From positions 240,001 to 272,000 of the forward strand of contig NC_010085.1 in assembly GCF_000018465.1 (NCBI RefSeq): a stretch of DNA of 32,000 nucleotides. The letters are read 5' to 3'. Positions 16,778-25,234 of this stretch are shown here, one piece after another (position 1 is the first letter of the stretch; each line of letters starts with the position of its first letter). The translations under genes and the position numbers were made by a program. The notes below the pieces were generated by a model. That model was not told the origin of the DNA and did no database searches. It saw only the letters and a list, made by a program, of their open reading frames with translations. This DNA comes from Nitrosopumilus maritimus SCM1. Lineage in GTDB: Archaea > Thermoproteota > Nitrososphaeria > Nitrososphaerales > Nitrosopumilaceae.

Positions 16778-17860
16778 ATGCCTGAAATTTGGTTAAATTA
16801 TGGTATTACAGACGTCGTTTTGGACATAAGAGCCGAGAATTTAGAGCAAAAAATTGATTCTGATGGTAAGATTTTAGATGATTCAGCGATCAATGAAAAA
16901 CTGAGTACAATAGATTATTCAAAACCAATGGAACTTGTGGTTTTACATAATTCAAAATCTATTCAAAAAATAATCTCATCTATGTTTACATTATGTGAGC
17001 AAAAATCAAAACCTTTTCCAAAAATCCTTACTGATAAAAAAATACTGAATCAAGTCAAAGCAGGACTTCCAGAGGGCAGCTCAATTAATGAATTTGATAA
17101 TATGGAAAACACCAATTCTAATCTTGTATTTATGGGCGAAATGGAATTTGATGGTCTTTTTGGTTATGAGACAGTTTCTACTCGTCTTATCAAAAAATTT
17201 GGGTTGGAATCCATGCTTTCTGCATATGCAAAAAGACAAGGAAATCTTCCTGTTCCTGGACAATATCCTGAAAATCTTCAAGAAGCAAAGAAATTTTCTG
17301 ATAATTTTGAAATTCAAGGAATTGAAATTGTTGCAAATTCTCAGGGCATTGTAGATTTTTCAATTGGACATCCTTCAGAAACTATGTCTAACACAAAGAT
17401 TCTAGAATCAAATTCAATCAAAGATGTTGGTCAACATAAAACAATGATAATTAGTACTGGTAAAGATGCAAGCAATGATAATCTTGGAAAATCCTTTTCA
17501 TCTTTATGGAATTGTTCAAATGCAATTAAAAAAGATGGACTTGCAATTTTAGTTGCTGAATGTAAAGGTGGATTAGGTTCTGATGCAATTCAACAGTATA
17601 TTGAAGATAGATTGACTTTAGAACAATTGAAAAATCCTACCAAATATGTTAGTGGTATGGAAGATCTTCTGTTCCTTTCAGAAACACAAAAAAATTTTCA
17701 GATTGGTCTAGTTTCAATTCTACCTGAATTTTATGCAAAGAAACTAAACATGATTTCTTTGCCTGGAATAAAATATTCTATGGATTATATCTTAAAGACA
17801 CAAGGTCCAAGACAAAAAGTTGCTGTAGTTGCAGACGGTGCTAGACTGTTGCTAAGGTAG
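16778..17860 (+). CDS. Divergent LarA/DUF2088-like protein (function unknown)
   Basis: Colinear weak resemblance, from memory, to lactate racemase LarA: GEMEFDGLFGYETVS vs GFIESHFFAGFSGG, AECKGGLGSD vs AGARDGHGGE, and C-terminal KVAVVADGARLLLR vs KVTVIPDGLGVIVK. The positions I recall as catalytic do not look conserved. Confidence 0.4.
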   Translation: MPEIWLNYGITDVVLDIRAENLEQKIDSDGKILDDSAINEKLSTIDYSKPMELVVLHNSKSIQKIISSMFTLCEQKSKPFPKILTDKKILNQVKAGLPEGSSINEFDNMENTNSNLVFMGEMEFDGLFGYETVSTRLIKKFGLESMLSAYAKRQGNLPVPGQYPENLQEAKKFSDNFEIQGIEIVANSQGIVDFSIGHPSETMSNTKILESNSIKDVGQHKTMIISTGKDASNDNLGKSFSSLWNCSNAIKKDGLAILVAECKGGLGSDAIQQYIEDRLTLEQLKNPTKYVSGMEDLLFLSETQKNFQIGLVSILPEFYAKKLNMISLPGIKYSMDYILKTQGPRQKVAVVADGARLLLR

Positions 17861-18958
17861 GAAATTAGGCAAAAAATCTGATGGTAATGGTGCACATAAA
17901 ATTGCCAATCCAATAATTCCAATATATGCTAATTTTCTATTTCTTGAAAGTGGCGAAATATCATCTAATGGCATTGCACTAGGATTTCTTGAACTCATTA
18001 TTAGAATTAAAATTGCCATTAACCAATAATTTAACAAAACTAGAATTGCCATACTGCCAAAAGTTGCATATCTATGTAATTTTGGACCCAACAAAGTTCT
18101 GGCCATATGACCTCCATCTAGTTGCCATGCTGGAAGTAAATTCAAAAATGTAATTAGAAATCCAATCCATGCTGCAAACATTATTGGAGTCATAATTACT
18201 TCATGTCCTGAACCTCCTTTTCCAAACATTGCAAGACTTGCAGTCATTAACAATGGCTCTCCTTGCTCCCATTCCATTAGTCTAGATTCTTCAAATAACC
18301 CTGCAGCAATTTCAGGTTCTAAAATTGGTGCAGTATATGCTCCATATATTGAAACAATTACTGCAATCACTAATCCTGCTATTGGACCGGCTATTGCAAC
18401 ATCAAACAAAATTTCTCTGTTGATGGTCAATCCCCTTGATTGAATAAATGCCCCAAATGTTGGGATTCCTATTACTGGTAGACCTGGAATAAAGTATGGC
18501 CATGTAGTTTTTAATCTGTGGGCTTTTGCTGCAATTATGTGTCCTAGTTCATGAATTCCTAAAATTCCTAGCAAAGATAATGTGTAAACTGCTGCCATCT
18601 CAAGTGGTTCTCCAATTTCAACAATAGAATTTGTTCCAGATGTTCTATAGTATCCATCAACCATAACAAATGCAACTACAATTGCAAACAAAGCTCTTGG
18701 TGTCCATGCAGTTTTCATCCACCTTCTTTGTTTTTTTATCGCAAACTTTTGAATAATAACAAACTTTCCACCATCTTTTTGCTCTAATCTACATGCAAAA
18801 CTCATTCCTTCTAATCTTCTTGCTAATTTTTCAAATTTGGATTTGAACTCAATATCTTCAATTCGAAACTCCATTGAAAATTCAGTTTTTATAAAATCAC
18901 TTACATCAAAGATGGAATTTACTAAAGAAATTATGTCGTCTTGAGATTCCTCGTCCAT
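17852..18958 (-). CDS. Site-2 protease family (M50) intramembrane zinc metalloprotease
   Basis: HELGHIIAA (HExxH) in a TM helix and NLLPAWQLDGGH (the NxxPxxxLDGG motif). Multiple TM segments, preceded by a soluble N-terminal domain of about 90 aa. Confidence 0.88.
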   Translation of the reverse strand: MDEESQDDIISLVNSIFDVSDFIKTEFSMEFRIEDIEFKSKFEKLARRLEGMSFACRLEQKDGGKFVIIQKFAIKKQRRWMKTAWTPRALFAIVVAFVMVDGYYRTSGTNSIVEIGEPLEMAAVYTLSLLGILGIHELGHIIAAKAHRLKTTWPYFIPGLPVIGIPTFGAFIQSRGLTINREILFDVAIAGPIAGLVIAVIVSIYGAYTAPILEPEIAAGLFEESRLMEWEQGEPLLMTASLAMFGKGGSGHEVIMTPIMFAAWIGFLITFLNLLPAWQLDGGHMARTLLGPKLHRYATFGSMAILVLLNYWLMAILILIMSSRNPSAMPLDDISPLSRNRKLAYIGIIGLAILCAPLPSDFLPNFLP

Positions 18959-19031
18959 TCTTTATGACTAATTCTTTCCATTAAATGGTCTTTTGGTTTA
19001 AAATTAAATATTGATGGTCTTATCTCTTAGT

Positions 19032-19529
19032 ATGCAAGTAATTCTAAGGCAATTAGGTGATTGTAATATACGACGTGCTGAATCAAGCGATCTTATACCT
19101 GTCATGGAAATCAATCTAAAAACACTTCCTGAACATTATTCTGATTATTTCTATGAGAGTTTACTTGCAGAACTACCTGAGGCATTTATTGTTGCAGAGA
19201 TTGGAGGTAAACATGTTGGATACATAATGTGTAAAACTGAATATGGATTCTCAAATTTCAAAAAACTCGGGTTTGTAAAAAAAGGACATGTTGTTTCAGT
19301 TGCTGTTCTTGATGATTATAGAAAACGAGGTATAGGAAAAGCACTCGTTGAAGAGTCTGTAAATGGAGTCAAATTGCGAAAATGTGATGAATTCTATTTG
19401 GAAGTGAGATGTAGTAATGTTGAGGCTGTAAGGCTATATGAAAAACTTGGATTTGTAATAAGACAACAACTAAACGCCTATTATCGTGATGGCGAAGACG
19501 CATACCTTATGGCAATTGAATTAACTTAG
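19032..19529 (+). CDS. GNAT N-acetyltransferase (RimI/Ard1-like N-terminal acetyltransferase)
   Basis: IRRAESSDLIPVMEIN... and the acetyl-CoA motif RKRGIGKAL. The start is uncertain: TTG at 19011, ATG at 19014 or ATG at 19032. Confidence 0.8.
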   Translation: MQVILRQLGDCNIRRAESSDLIPVMEINLKTLPEHYSDYFYESLLAELPEAFIVAEIGGKHVGYIMCKTEYGFSNFKKLGFVKKGHVVSVAVLDDYRKRGIGKALVEESVNGVKLRKCDEFYLEVRCSNVEAVRLYEKLGFVIRQQLNAYYRDGEDAYLMAIELT

Positions 19530-19566
19530 ATAAAACCAATAAATAACTCTCAAAAAATTTCCCGCC

Positions 19567-19785
19567 ATGGACAAACGCAAAGGAATGGGAATCACAATTT
19601 TTGTTCTTTGTATTGGTGGATTTTTTCTATATGCTTACTTATTGATGCTTTCTGAATGGAGTCCAATTGTTTTACAACTATCTGTATTAATGATTGCAGG
19701 AGGAATTCTTGGAGTTGTTGCATGGATAGGATATGTTATGGCAACAACAAAACCTTCTCCTGCATCAATTACTTCAGACGACTAG
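19567..19785 (+). CDS. Small two-TM membrane protein, uncharacterised
   Basis: 72-aa ORF with two clear hydrophobic helices (ITIFVLCIGGFFLYAYLLML; LSVLMIAGGILGVVAWIGYVM) occupying an otherwise empty gap. Confidence 0.55.
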   Translation: MDKRKGMGITIFVLCIGGFFLYAYLLMLSEWSPIVLQLSVLMIAGGILGVVAWIGYVMATTKPSPASITSDD

Positions 19786-19786
19786 A

Positions 19787-20623
19787 TTACTTGAAAATTT
19801 TAACATCTACAACTGTTTGATAATATCTTGGGCCAACAGGTCTGACAATTTTTGATCCTAATATCTCTGATTTTATTGGTGAAACTTTTAGATAATGTTC
19901 TTCTGAAAGTTTTCCTGCATCTGATTTTTTGTCTGCATGTATGTGAGAATAATAGTGAATTATACCACCATCTTTTGTGGTTTTAATTGCAGATTCTAAA
20001 AATTCATCAGAACGCTCAGGAAGCAACATCAAAGTTCTATCTGATTTATCTACCAATTGTTCGTTGATTGTTTGTGTTGCATCTCCGTTAATGGAAATAA
20101 CTTCTCCTGCAAGTTTGTTTAGTTTTATGTTTCTCTCACACAATTCTGATGCAATTGGATTGATGTCAAGGCTGTACACTGTACATTTTTTCTTTTTTGC
20201 AGCTATTATTGAAAACATTCCAACACCTGCAAACATGTTTGTCATGATTTCTTCTTCTTGAATCAGGTTGGCAATTCTATCCCTTTCAGTAGATAATCTG
20301 GGAGAAAAAAATGCATTTTCTACATCTACAATGAATTTACAGCCAAATTCTCGATATTCTGTCTCGGTATTATCTTCCCCTGCAATAATCTCAAGATTCC
20401 TTGTACGAAAATCCCCTTCTACTGCTGATGCCTGATAAAATACACTTCTTACAATCTTTACGTCATTCAATAGAGTTTCTCCGATAATCTTTTTCTTAGA
20501 TAGTAGAGAATCTGGAATTCTTACAATGATTATCTCGCCAATTTGATCAAAGGCTGAAATCAATTCTTCGCTTTCTTTTGGTGAAAGTATACTTTCCAGT
20601 GATTTTTTTAGCATTCGAGTCAA
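19787..20623 (-). CDS. trm5: tRNA (guanine37-N1)-methyltransferase Trm5/Taw22-like (Met-10+ family)
   Basis: FSPRLSTERDRI, SAM-binding NMFAGVGMFSI and LDINP motifs. Its start overlaps the ABCE1 stop by 4 nt, which suggests an operon. Confidence 0.82.
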   Translation of the reverse strand: MTRMLKKSLESILSPKESEELISAFDQIGEIIIVRIPDSLLSKKKIIGETLLNDVKIVRSVFYQASAVEGDFRTRNLEIIAGEDNTETEYREFGCKFIVDVENAFFSPRLSTERDRIANLIQEEEIMTNMFAGVGMFSIIAAKKKKCTVYSLDINPIASELCERNIKLNKLAGEVISINGDATQTINEQLVDKSDRTLMLLPERSDEFLESAIKTTKDGGIIHYYSHIHADKKSDAGKLSEEHYLKVSPIKSEILGSKIVRPVGPRYYQTVVDVKIFK

Positions 20624-22407
20624 TTTTTGTAATAGAAATTTCCAGATGATTTCTGGTCTTTGTCTAATCGACTTTCTAACTTGTTTACTCTTGGTCTAAG
20701 ACTCTTTTCGTCCCGTCTAAATGACATGTCAAGTGATTTTAGAAATCTGTTCATTGCATCTGATTTTGGTAGTGGCGATGTAGCTTTTCCTGCAGCCCCT
20801 GATTCACCTTCAAAAATTACCATCGTATCTGAAATCAAATCCATTAACTGTAAATCATGATCAATGACAATAGCTGATTTTCCAAATGAACGAACAAACT
20901 TTTGTAAGAATTTTGCAACTGCAATTCTATCTTCAACATCCAAAAATGCTGATGGTTCATCTAATGCATACAAATCAACTTTTTGTAAAAGACAAGATGC
21001 AACTGCTACTTTTTGTAATTCTCCTCCTGAGAGATTTTTTACTGATTTGGTATAGAGTTTTTTGATTTTTAGAGGATCAAGGATTTGTTCTTCTTCCATA
21101 CTTCCTTCTACTGGACTTCCATTTGCTTTATCTAGTAATGCAACAACTTCTACATCTACATCATTTTGAAGATATTGTGGTTTGTATGCTATCTTGATCT
21201 TTTTATCAACTTCTCCTGAATCTGGTTTTTCCACACCTGCAATCATCTTCATCATTGTTGTTTTTCCAAGTGCATTTGCACCCATAATCCCAAGAACTTC
21301 TCCTTTCCTTACCTGACCAGGCTCAACTTCAACTGAGAATGAAGGATATTTTTTTGTTAATTTTGGATATTTTACAATTTCACTTCCTTCTTGAAATTCA
21401 TCAGTAGATGTAGATGAAACATCAAAGGAAAATGCTTTGTCTCTAAATCTTACATTTTCGTTTGGTAAATATCCATCAAGAAAAACATTGATTCCAACTT
21501 TGGTTGAAAGAATATTTGATACGATTCCATATGCTGATGGTTCTCCATAAAGTACTTCAATATAATCACTAAGAAAATCAAGTAATGTCAAGTCATGTTC
21601 TACAACCATAACACTTTTTCCAAGTTTTGCAAGACTTTGAATAACCCGTGCTACTCCTGTTCTTTGAAAAACATCATTGTAAGATGATGGTTCATCAAAA
21701 AAGTAAAATTCTGTATCTTTTGAAGCTGCAGCAGCTACTGCAATTCTTTGTAATTCTCCACCACTTAACTCCTTTAAGCTTTGATCAACAGAGTTTTGTA
21801 ATCCAAGTTCTTTGATTAATTCTCTTGATACACCTCTCTCATCATATTTTTCAATGAGTTCTTTACCGGTTCCATCAAATGCTTGTGCAATCTGATGAAC
21901 TTGTTGAGGTTTTATTGATGCACGAATTTGATTTTGTTTAATTTTTTCAAAATGTTGTTTTAACTCTGTTCCACTATAGTATTTCAATATCTCATCCCAC
22001 TCTGGAGGATTTTCATATCTTCCAAGATTTGGCTTTAGATTACCTGATAGTATATTTACAACAGTACTTTTCCCCATACCGTTTCTTCCAAGTAATCCGA
22101 CTACCTCTCCTTTCTTCGGAGTTGGCAATTTGTATAATCGGAATGAATTTGGACCATATTGGTGAATTTTATCAGTAGCTAATTCACTTGCTAAATTAAC
22201 AATTGTAATTGCATCAAATGGACATACTTTGACACATATTCCACACCCATTACAGATATCCTCATCAATCTGAGCTTTTTTTGATTCCTCATTTAGTACA
22301 ATACAATCTGCGCCTGATTTGTTCACTGGACAGTATTTTATGCACTCTAAACCACATTTTTTAGGCTGACAGAGTTCGTGATCTAAAACTCCGACTCTAT
22401 GCGTCAT
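20620..22407 (-). CDS. abce1: ABCE1 / RNase L inhibitor homologue (ribosome recycling ATPase)
   Basis: N-terminal double 4Fe-4S domain (CQPKKCGLECIKYCP; CNGCGICVKVCP), followed by two ABC cassettes with Walker A GRNGMGKST / GANALGKTT and LSGGELQ signatures. Confidence 0.95.
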   Translation of the reverse strand: MTHRVGVLDHELCQPKKCGLECIKYCPVNKSGADCIVLNEESKKAQIDEDICNGCGICVKVCPFDAITIVNLASELATDKIHQYGPNSFRLYKLPTPKKGEVVGLLGRNGMGKSTVVNILSGNLKPNLGRYENPPEWDEILKYYSGTELKQHFEKIKQNQIRASIKPQQVHQIAQAFDGTGKELIEKYDERGVSRELIKELGLQNSVDQSLKELSGGELQRIAVAAAASKDTEFYFFDEPSSYNDVFQRTGVARVIQSLAKLGKSVMVVEHDLTLLDFLSDYIEVLYGEPSAYGIVSNILSTKVGINVFLDGYLPNENVRFRDKAFSFDVSSTSTDEFQEGSEIVKYPKLTKKYPSFSVEVEPGQVRKGEVLGIMGANALGKTTMMKMIAGVEKPDSGEVDKKIKIAYKPQYLQNDVDVEVVALLDKANGSPVEGSMEEEQILDPLKIKKLYTKSVKNLSGGELQKVAVASCLLQKVDLYALDEPSAFLDVEDRIAVAKFLQKFVRSFGKSAIVIDHDLQLMDLISDTMVIFEGESGAAGKATSPLPKSDAMNRFLKSLDMSFRRDEKSLRPRVNKLESRLDKDQKSSGNFYYKN

Positions 22408-22470
22408 GTGCTAGAGCGGTCATCTCTTTGTTTTATACCTATTTTGGAGCCATTATCCGGTTTCGTTACG

Positions 22471-22478
22471 TTAATAAT
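22471..22478 (+). promoter_or_regulatory. TATA-like box TTAATAAT upstream of 5S rRNA
   Basis: Centred about 28 nt upstream of the 5S 5' end at 22503. Confidence 0.35.
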
Positions 22479-22502
22479 TGAGATTTTAACATTGATTTTC
22501 AA

Positions 22503-22615
22503 GCCGGCCATAGCGTTAGGGTGCGACCCAATCCCTTTCCGAACTTGGAAGTCAAACCTGACGTCGCTGTTGTGCTACTAAGATGCGAGAGCCCTTGGGA
22601 AGCAACAGTGCTGGC
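22503..22615 (+). rRNA. rrf: 5S ribosomal RNA (stand-alone)
   Basis: GCCGGCCATAGCG...CCGAACTTGGAAGTCAAAC...GCTGGC. It has the conserved loop/helix sequence CCGAAC-GGAAGT-AA. The 5' GCCGGC pairs with the 3' GCTGGC as helix I. It is a GC-rich island followed by a T-rich tract. The ends are accurate to about 3 nt. Confidence 0.9.
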
Positions 22616-22663
22616 ATTTTCTCATTTACAATCTATTAATAATGAAATTATTCAAAACCTTAC

Positions 22664-22792
22664 ATGCCAAACTGTTCTGTTTGTGGAGAAATATGTGATA
22701 ACGATATTAGATTGATGAATCACATGATGGAAAAACATGGATGGAGAAATCCAAATGTTGGAAAACCTGATAGAAACAGTAGAGGTTACTAG
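22664..22792 (+). CDS. 42-aa C2H2 zinc-finger protein (below ORF-track length cutoff)
   Basis: MPNCSVCGEICDNDIRLMNHMMEKHGWRNPNVGKPDRNSRGY has exact C-x2-C-x12-H-x4-H spacing. TATA-like TATTAATAAT lies about 25 nt before the ATG. The ORF fills the gap between 5S and pepA. Confidence 0.5.
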   Translation: MPNCSVCGEICDNDIRLMNHMMEKHGWRNPNVGKPDRNSRGY

Positions 22793-22793
22793 T

Positions 22794-24260
22794 TTACAAC
22801 TTTTGTAAATAATCTAAAATTAATCTAACACCAAAACCAGTTGCGCCTTTTGGATTGTATGATTTTTCTTTTGTAGCTGTTTGTGTCCAAGCTACACCTG
22901 CAATATCCAAATGTGTCCAAGGGGTATCTTCAATTGCATTTCTCAAAAATGCTGCAGCAGTTATTGTTCCAGCTGCTCTTCCTATACCCATATTTTTCAT
23001 ATCTGCTACATCTGATTTTATCATATCCATAAATTCTTGATTTAATGGAAGCTCCCAAATCTGTTCTGTAGTATTTTTTGATGATTCAAAAATTTTCTTT
23101 GATAACTTTTCATTATTTGAAACCATTCCGGCTACATTAGTTCCTAATGCTATGATGCATGCTCCAGTTAATGTTGCAAAGTCAATAATTGCCTTGGGTG
23201 CGTAATGTTTTTCTCCATATGCTAATGCATCAGCTAAAATCAATCTTCCTTCAGCATCCGTGTTGAGAATTTCTGCTGTCTTTCCATTGTACAGTTTTAT
23301 TATGTCTCCTGGTCTATACGATTCTCCTCCTGGCATATTTTCAACAGATGGAACTATTCCAATTACATTAATTGGTAATTTTAATTCTGAAATTGCTTTC
23401 ATAATTCCTAATACTGTACACCCACCACATTTATCAAATTTCATTTCATCCATATTTGCTCCAGGTTTTAATGAAATTCCTCCAGTATCAAATGTCACAG
23501 CTTTTCCAACAAGTACAATTGGTTTTTCATTTCTTGAACCTCGATTATGTTCCATGATGATTAATTTTGGTTCATTTTTACTTCCTTGTCCAACTGCGGT
23601 AATGCCTCCAAACCCTTTCTTTTTCAGTTCTGGTTTTGAAATAATTTTACATTTCATTTTATTTTTTGATATAGTTTTTGCAAAATTTGCTAGTGTTGAT
23701 GGTGTACACTCGTTTGGAGGTAAATTAGCAATACTTTTTGTGAATATTGCCCCCTCTGCAACAATCTCTGCTGTCTTTATTGATTTTAGAACCTTGTTTG
23801 ATTTTGGAACGATTATTGTCATATCTGGTGAATTTTCTTCTTTTTCAGCCTTGAATTTTTCAAATTTGTATAATGCCATCTTTGCTCCTTCTACAACTTG
23901 TGTTGTAGAAGAAACCTGCTCTATGACAAATGTCGGAGGTATGATTATTGAAAATTCTTTTAATTTTAATTCACGTGCTTTTTGAGCAATTTTACCTGAA
24001 ATTTGTCTGAAAGTATCTTTTGTAATGTCTTCTTTTTTTCCAATTCCTGCAATTAAGATTCTTTGAAATTGTTTTTTCCCTGTAGATGGAATAACCATTA
24101 ATTTGCCTAATTTTCCTTCTATGTCTTTAAGAGATTGATTAACTACAAATGATGTTTTTGCGTCTAATTTTGGTAATCCTAAAACTTTATCTGATTTTTC
24201 TAATGCAAATGCACAAAGAAGTTGTGTTTTCTTTGGGGTGTTTTGTACTTTAATTTTCAT
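22794..24260 (-). CDS. pepA: Leucyl aminopeptidase (M17 family)
   Basis: VGKAVTFDTGGISLKP and NTDAEGRLILADAL metal-site signatures at full length (488 aa). Confidence 0.93.
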   Translation of the reverse strand: MKIKVQNTPKKTQLLCAFALEKSDKVLGLPKLDAKTSFVVNQSLKDIEGKLGKLMVIPSTGKKQFQRILIAGIGKKEDITKDTFRQISGKIAQKARELKLKEFSIIIPPTFVIEQVSSTTQVVEGAKMALYKFEKFKAEKEENSPDMTIIVPKSNKVLKSIKTAEIVAEGAIFTKSIANLPPNECTPSTLANFAKTISKNKMKCKIISKPELKKKGFGGITAVGQGSKNEPKLIIMEHNRGSRNEKPIVLVGKAVTFDTGGISLKPGANMDEMKFDKCGGCTVLGIMKAISELKLPINVIGIVPSVENMPGGESYRPGDIIKLYNGKTAEILNTDAEGRLILADALAYGEKHYAPKAIIDFATLTGACIIALGTNVAGMVSNNEKLSKKIFESSKNTTEQIWELPLNQEFMDMIKSDVADMKNMGIGRAAGTITAAAFLRNAIEDTPWTHLDIAGVAWTQTATKEKSYNPKGATGFGVRLILDYLQKL

Positions 24261-24299
24261 ACGTATGTATGATTTTCATAGTCATATTTAGATTTATGA

Positions 24300-24440
24300 T
24301 TATGTGCATTCTCTTAGCATTTCATTAATCACTGCAGAAAAACTTACAGTTCCAGCAGTTTCTTTAATTTTCTTTGCTTGAAGATTTCTTACTTTTTTTG
24401 CTACATCGTCATCAATCATTATTGTTCTTCGTTCTGCCAT
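24300..24440 (-). CDS. 46-aa ribbon-helix-helix (CopG/Arc-like) DNA-binding protein
   Basis: MAERRTIMIDDDVAKKVRNLQAKKIKETAGTVSFSAVINEMLRECT fits a beta-strand (RRTIMID), helix (DDVAKKVRNLQAKKI), turn and helix (SFSAVINEMLRE) pattern. An AT-rich TATA-like tract lies 20-30 nt upstream. Below the ORF-track cutoff. Confidence 0.5.
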   Translation of the reverse strand: MAERRTIMIDDDVAKKVRNLQAKKIKETAGTVSFSAVINEMLRECT

Positions 24441-24764
24441 TTGAATAAAATCTTGTTTTTAATTATTAAAACCTATTTTTAGTATTCAAATGTGAACTTC
24501 ATCTTCAATTTTTATACTTCCACTTTTGGAAATAAAATCAACTTTTCTAAGTAAAACTGCTTTGACTAATTTACAATTTTCTGTATGTTGATTGATTGTT
24601 TCCATTTTTGGGATTTTTTTTGTTTGAAAAATAACTCTTATCAATGAAAAAATACCTGCAAAGTTTTTTCATTAAATGTTATACATTTCCCTTTAGCAAA
24701 AAATCAACAAATTTTGTATATTTTACGCACAAAAAATTGGTTTAAATTAAAAATTATTCTAATT

Positions 24765-25073
24765 TTAAACACTAGGAGTTTGTTTATGATTTGGGAAGCA
24801 TTCTCTACAATAAACAGGTCTGTCTTCTTTAGGTTTGAATGGTACTTGACATTCATTTCCACAATCACCACATGTTGCTGTGTGCATCTCTCTTTGTCTA
24901 TTGAATCTTGATCTCCCAAATCTATCCCCACTACGTCTCTGAGGTCTGTGATTTGGGAAGCATTCTCTACAATAAACAGGTCTGTCTTCTTTAGGTTTGA
25001 ATGGTACTTGACATTCATTTCCACAATCACCACATGTTGCTGTGTGCATTTCTCTTTCTTCTCCAAAGGACAT
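24765..25073 (-). CDS. Tandem double CxxC-x17-CxxC zinc-ribbon protein with Arg-rich linker
   Basis: It contains two identical modules, EMHTATCGDCGNECQVPFKPKEDRPVYCRECFPNH, each C-x2-C-x17-C-x2-C, joined by RPQRRSGDRFGRSRFNRQ. I start at the ATG at 25073 (MSFGEERE...). TATA-like AGTATATTGT lies about 23 nt upstream. The ORF-track start at 25082 is a TTG. Confidence 0.8.
   Translation of the reverse strand: MSFGEEREMHTATCGDCGNECQVPFKPKEDRPVYCRECFPNHRPQRRSGDRFGRSRFNRQREMHTATCGDCGNECQVPFKPKEDRPVYCRECFPNHKQTPSV
24787..25049 (-). repeat. Perfect 101-nt direct tandem repeat (24787-24887 and 24949-25049), period 162 nt, in frame inside the zinc-ribbon CDS
   Basis: Base-by-base comparison of the two stretches shows no mismatch over 101 nt. 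Similarity continues with one mismatch for 8 more nt (to 24895 and 25057). Confidence 0.95.
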
Positions 25074-25199
25074 ATCTTTCAAAAATTTGAAACAATATAC
25101 TGTAATTAAACTATTGTAAACTCCTGATATTTTCTTATGGTTATTCTTTTTTTAATACCGTGATCTTCTCTTAGATTTTCGTTAATGTGTTTTAGAAGT

Positions 25200-25225
25200 A
25201 GATTTTTATTAAATTTGGAGTCAAA
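25200..25225 (+). promoter_or_regulatory. Promoter of the tkt-rpe operon: AGATTTTTATT plus AAATTTGGAGTCAAA
   Basis: The TATA-like element is centred about 29 nt before the ATG at 25235. The 15-mer at 25211-25225 is identical to 15247-15261. Confidence 0.35.
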
Positions 25226-25234
25226 ACGATCGAT

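Noticed and set aside
22399-22715. Two ORF-track entries (22399-22581 and 22521-22715) spanning the ABCE1-pepA gap.
   Set aside because: They run through the 5S rRNA gene (22503-22615) and its promoter. The region is explained by the rRNA plus the short C2H2 ORF.
23260-23985. 241-aa plus-strand ORF antisense to the aminopeptidase gene.
   Set aside because: It lies entirely inside the strongly supported M17 pepA CDS. Its translation is low-complexity (F/S/I/P-rich), typical of an antisense shadow ORF.
24648-24749. 33-codon plus-strand ORF (MKKYLQSFFIKCYTFPF...) in the AT-rich spacer upstream of the zinc-ribbon gene's 3' end.
   Set aside because: It is very AT-rich and low-complexity, with no promoter-like spacing or motif. 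It is most likely a chance ORF in intergenic DNA.
24787-25049. Possibility that the 101-nt direct repeats represent a CRISPR-like or mobile-element repeat.
   Set aside because: There are only two copies. They are in frame within a coding sequence and separated by coding linker sequence. There are no cas genes, no transposase and no terminal inverted repeats.
24704-25066. 120-aa ORF on the minus strand in a second frame across the tandem repeat; it also shows an internal duplication.
   Set aside because: It stays open only because the 162-nt repeat duplicates a stop-free stretch. The other frame encodes a recognisable double CxxC-x17-CxxC zinc ribbon with a properly placed promoter. This frame gives no motif and has a low-complexity tail.
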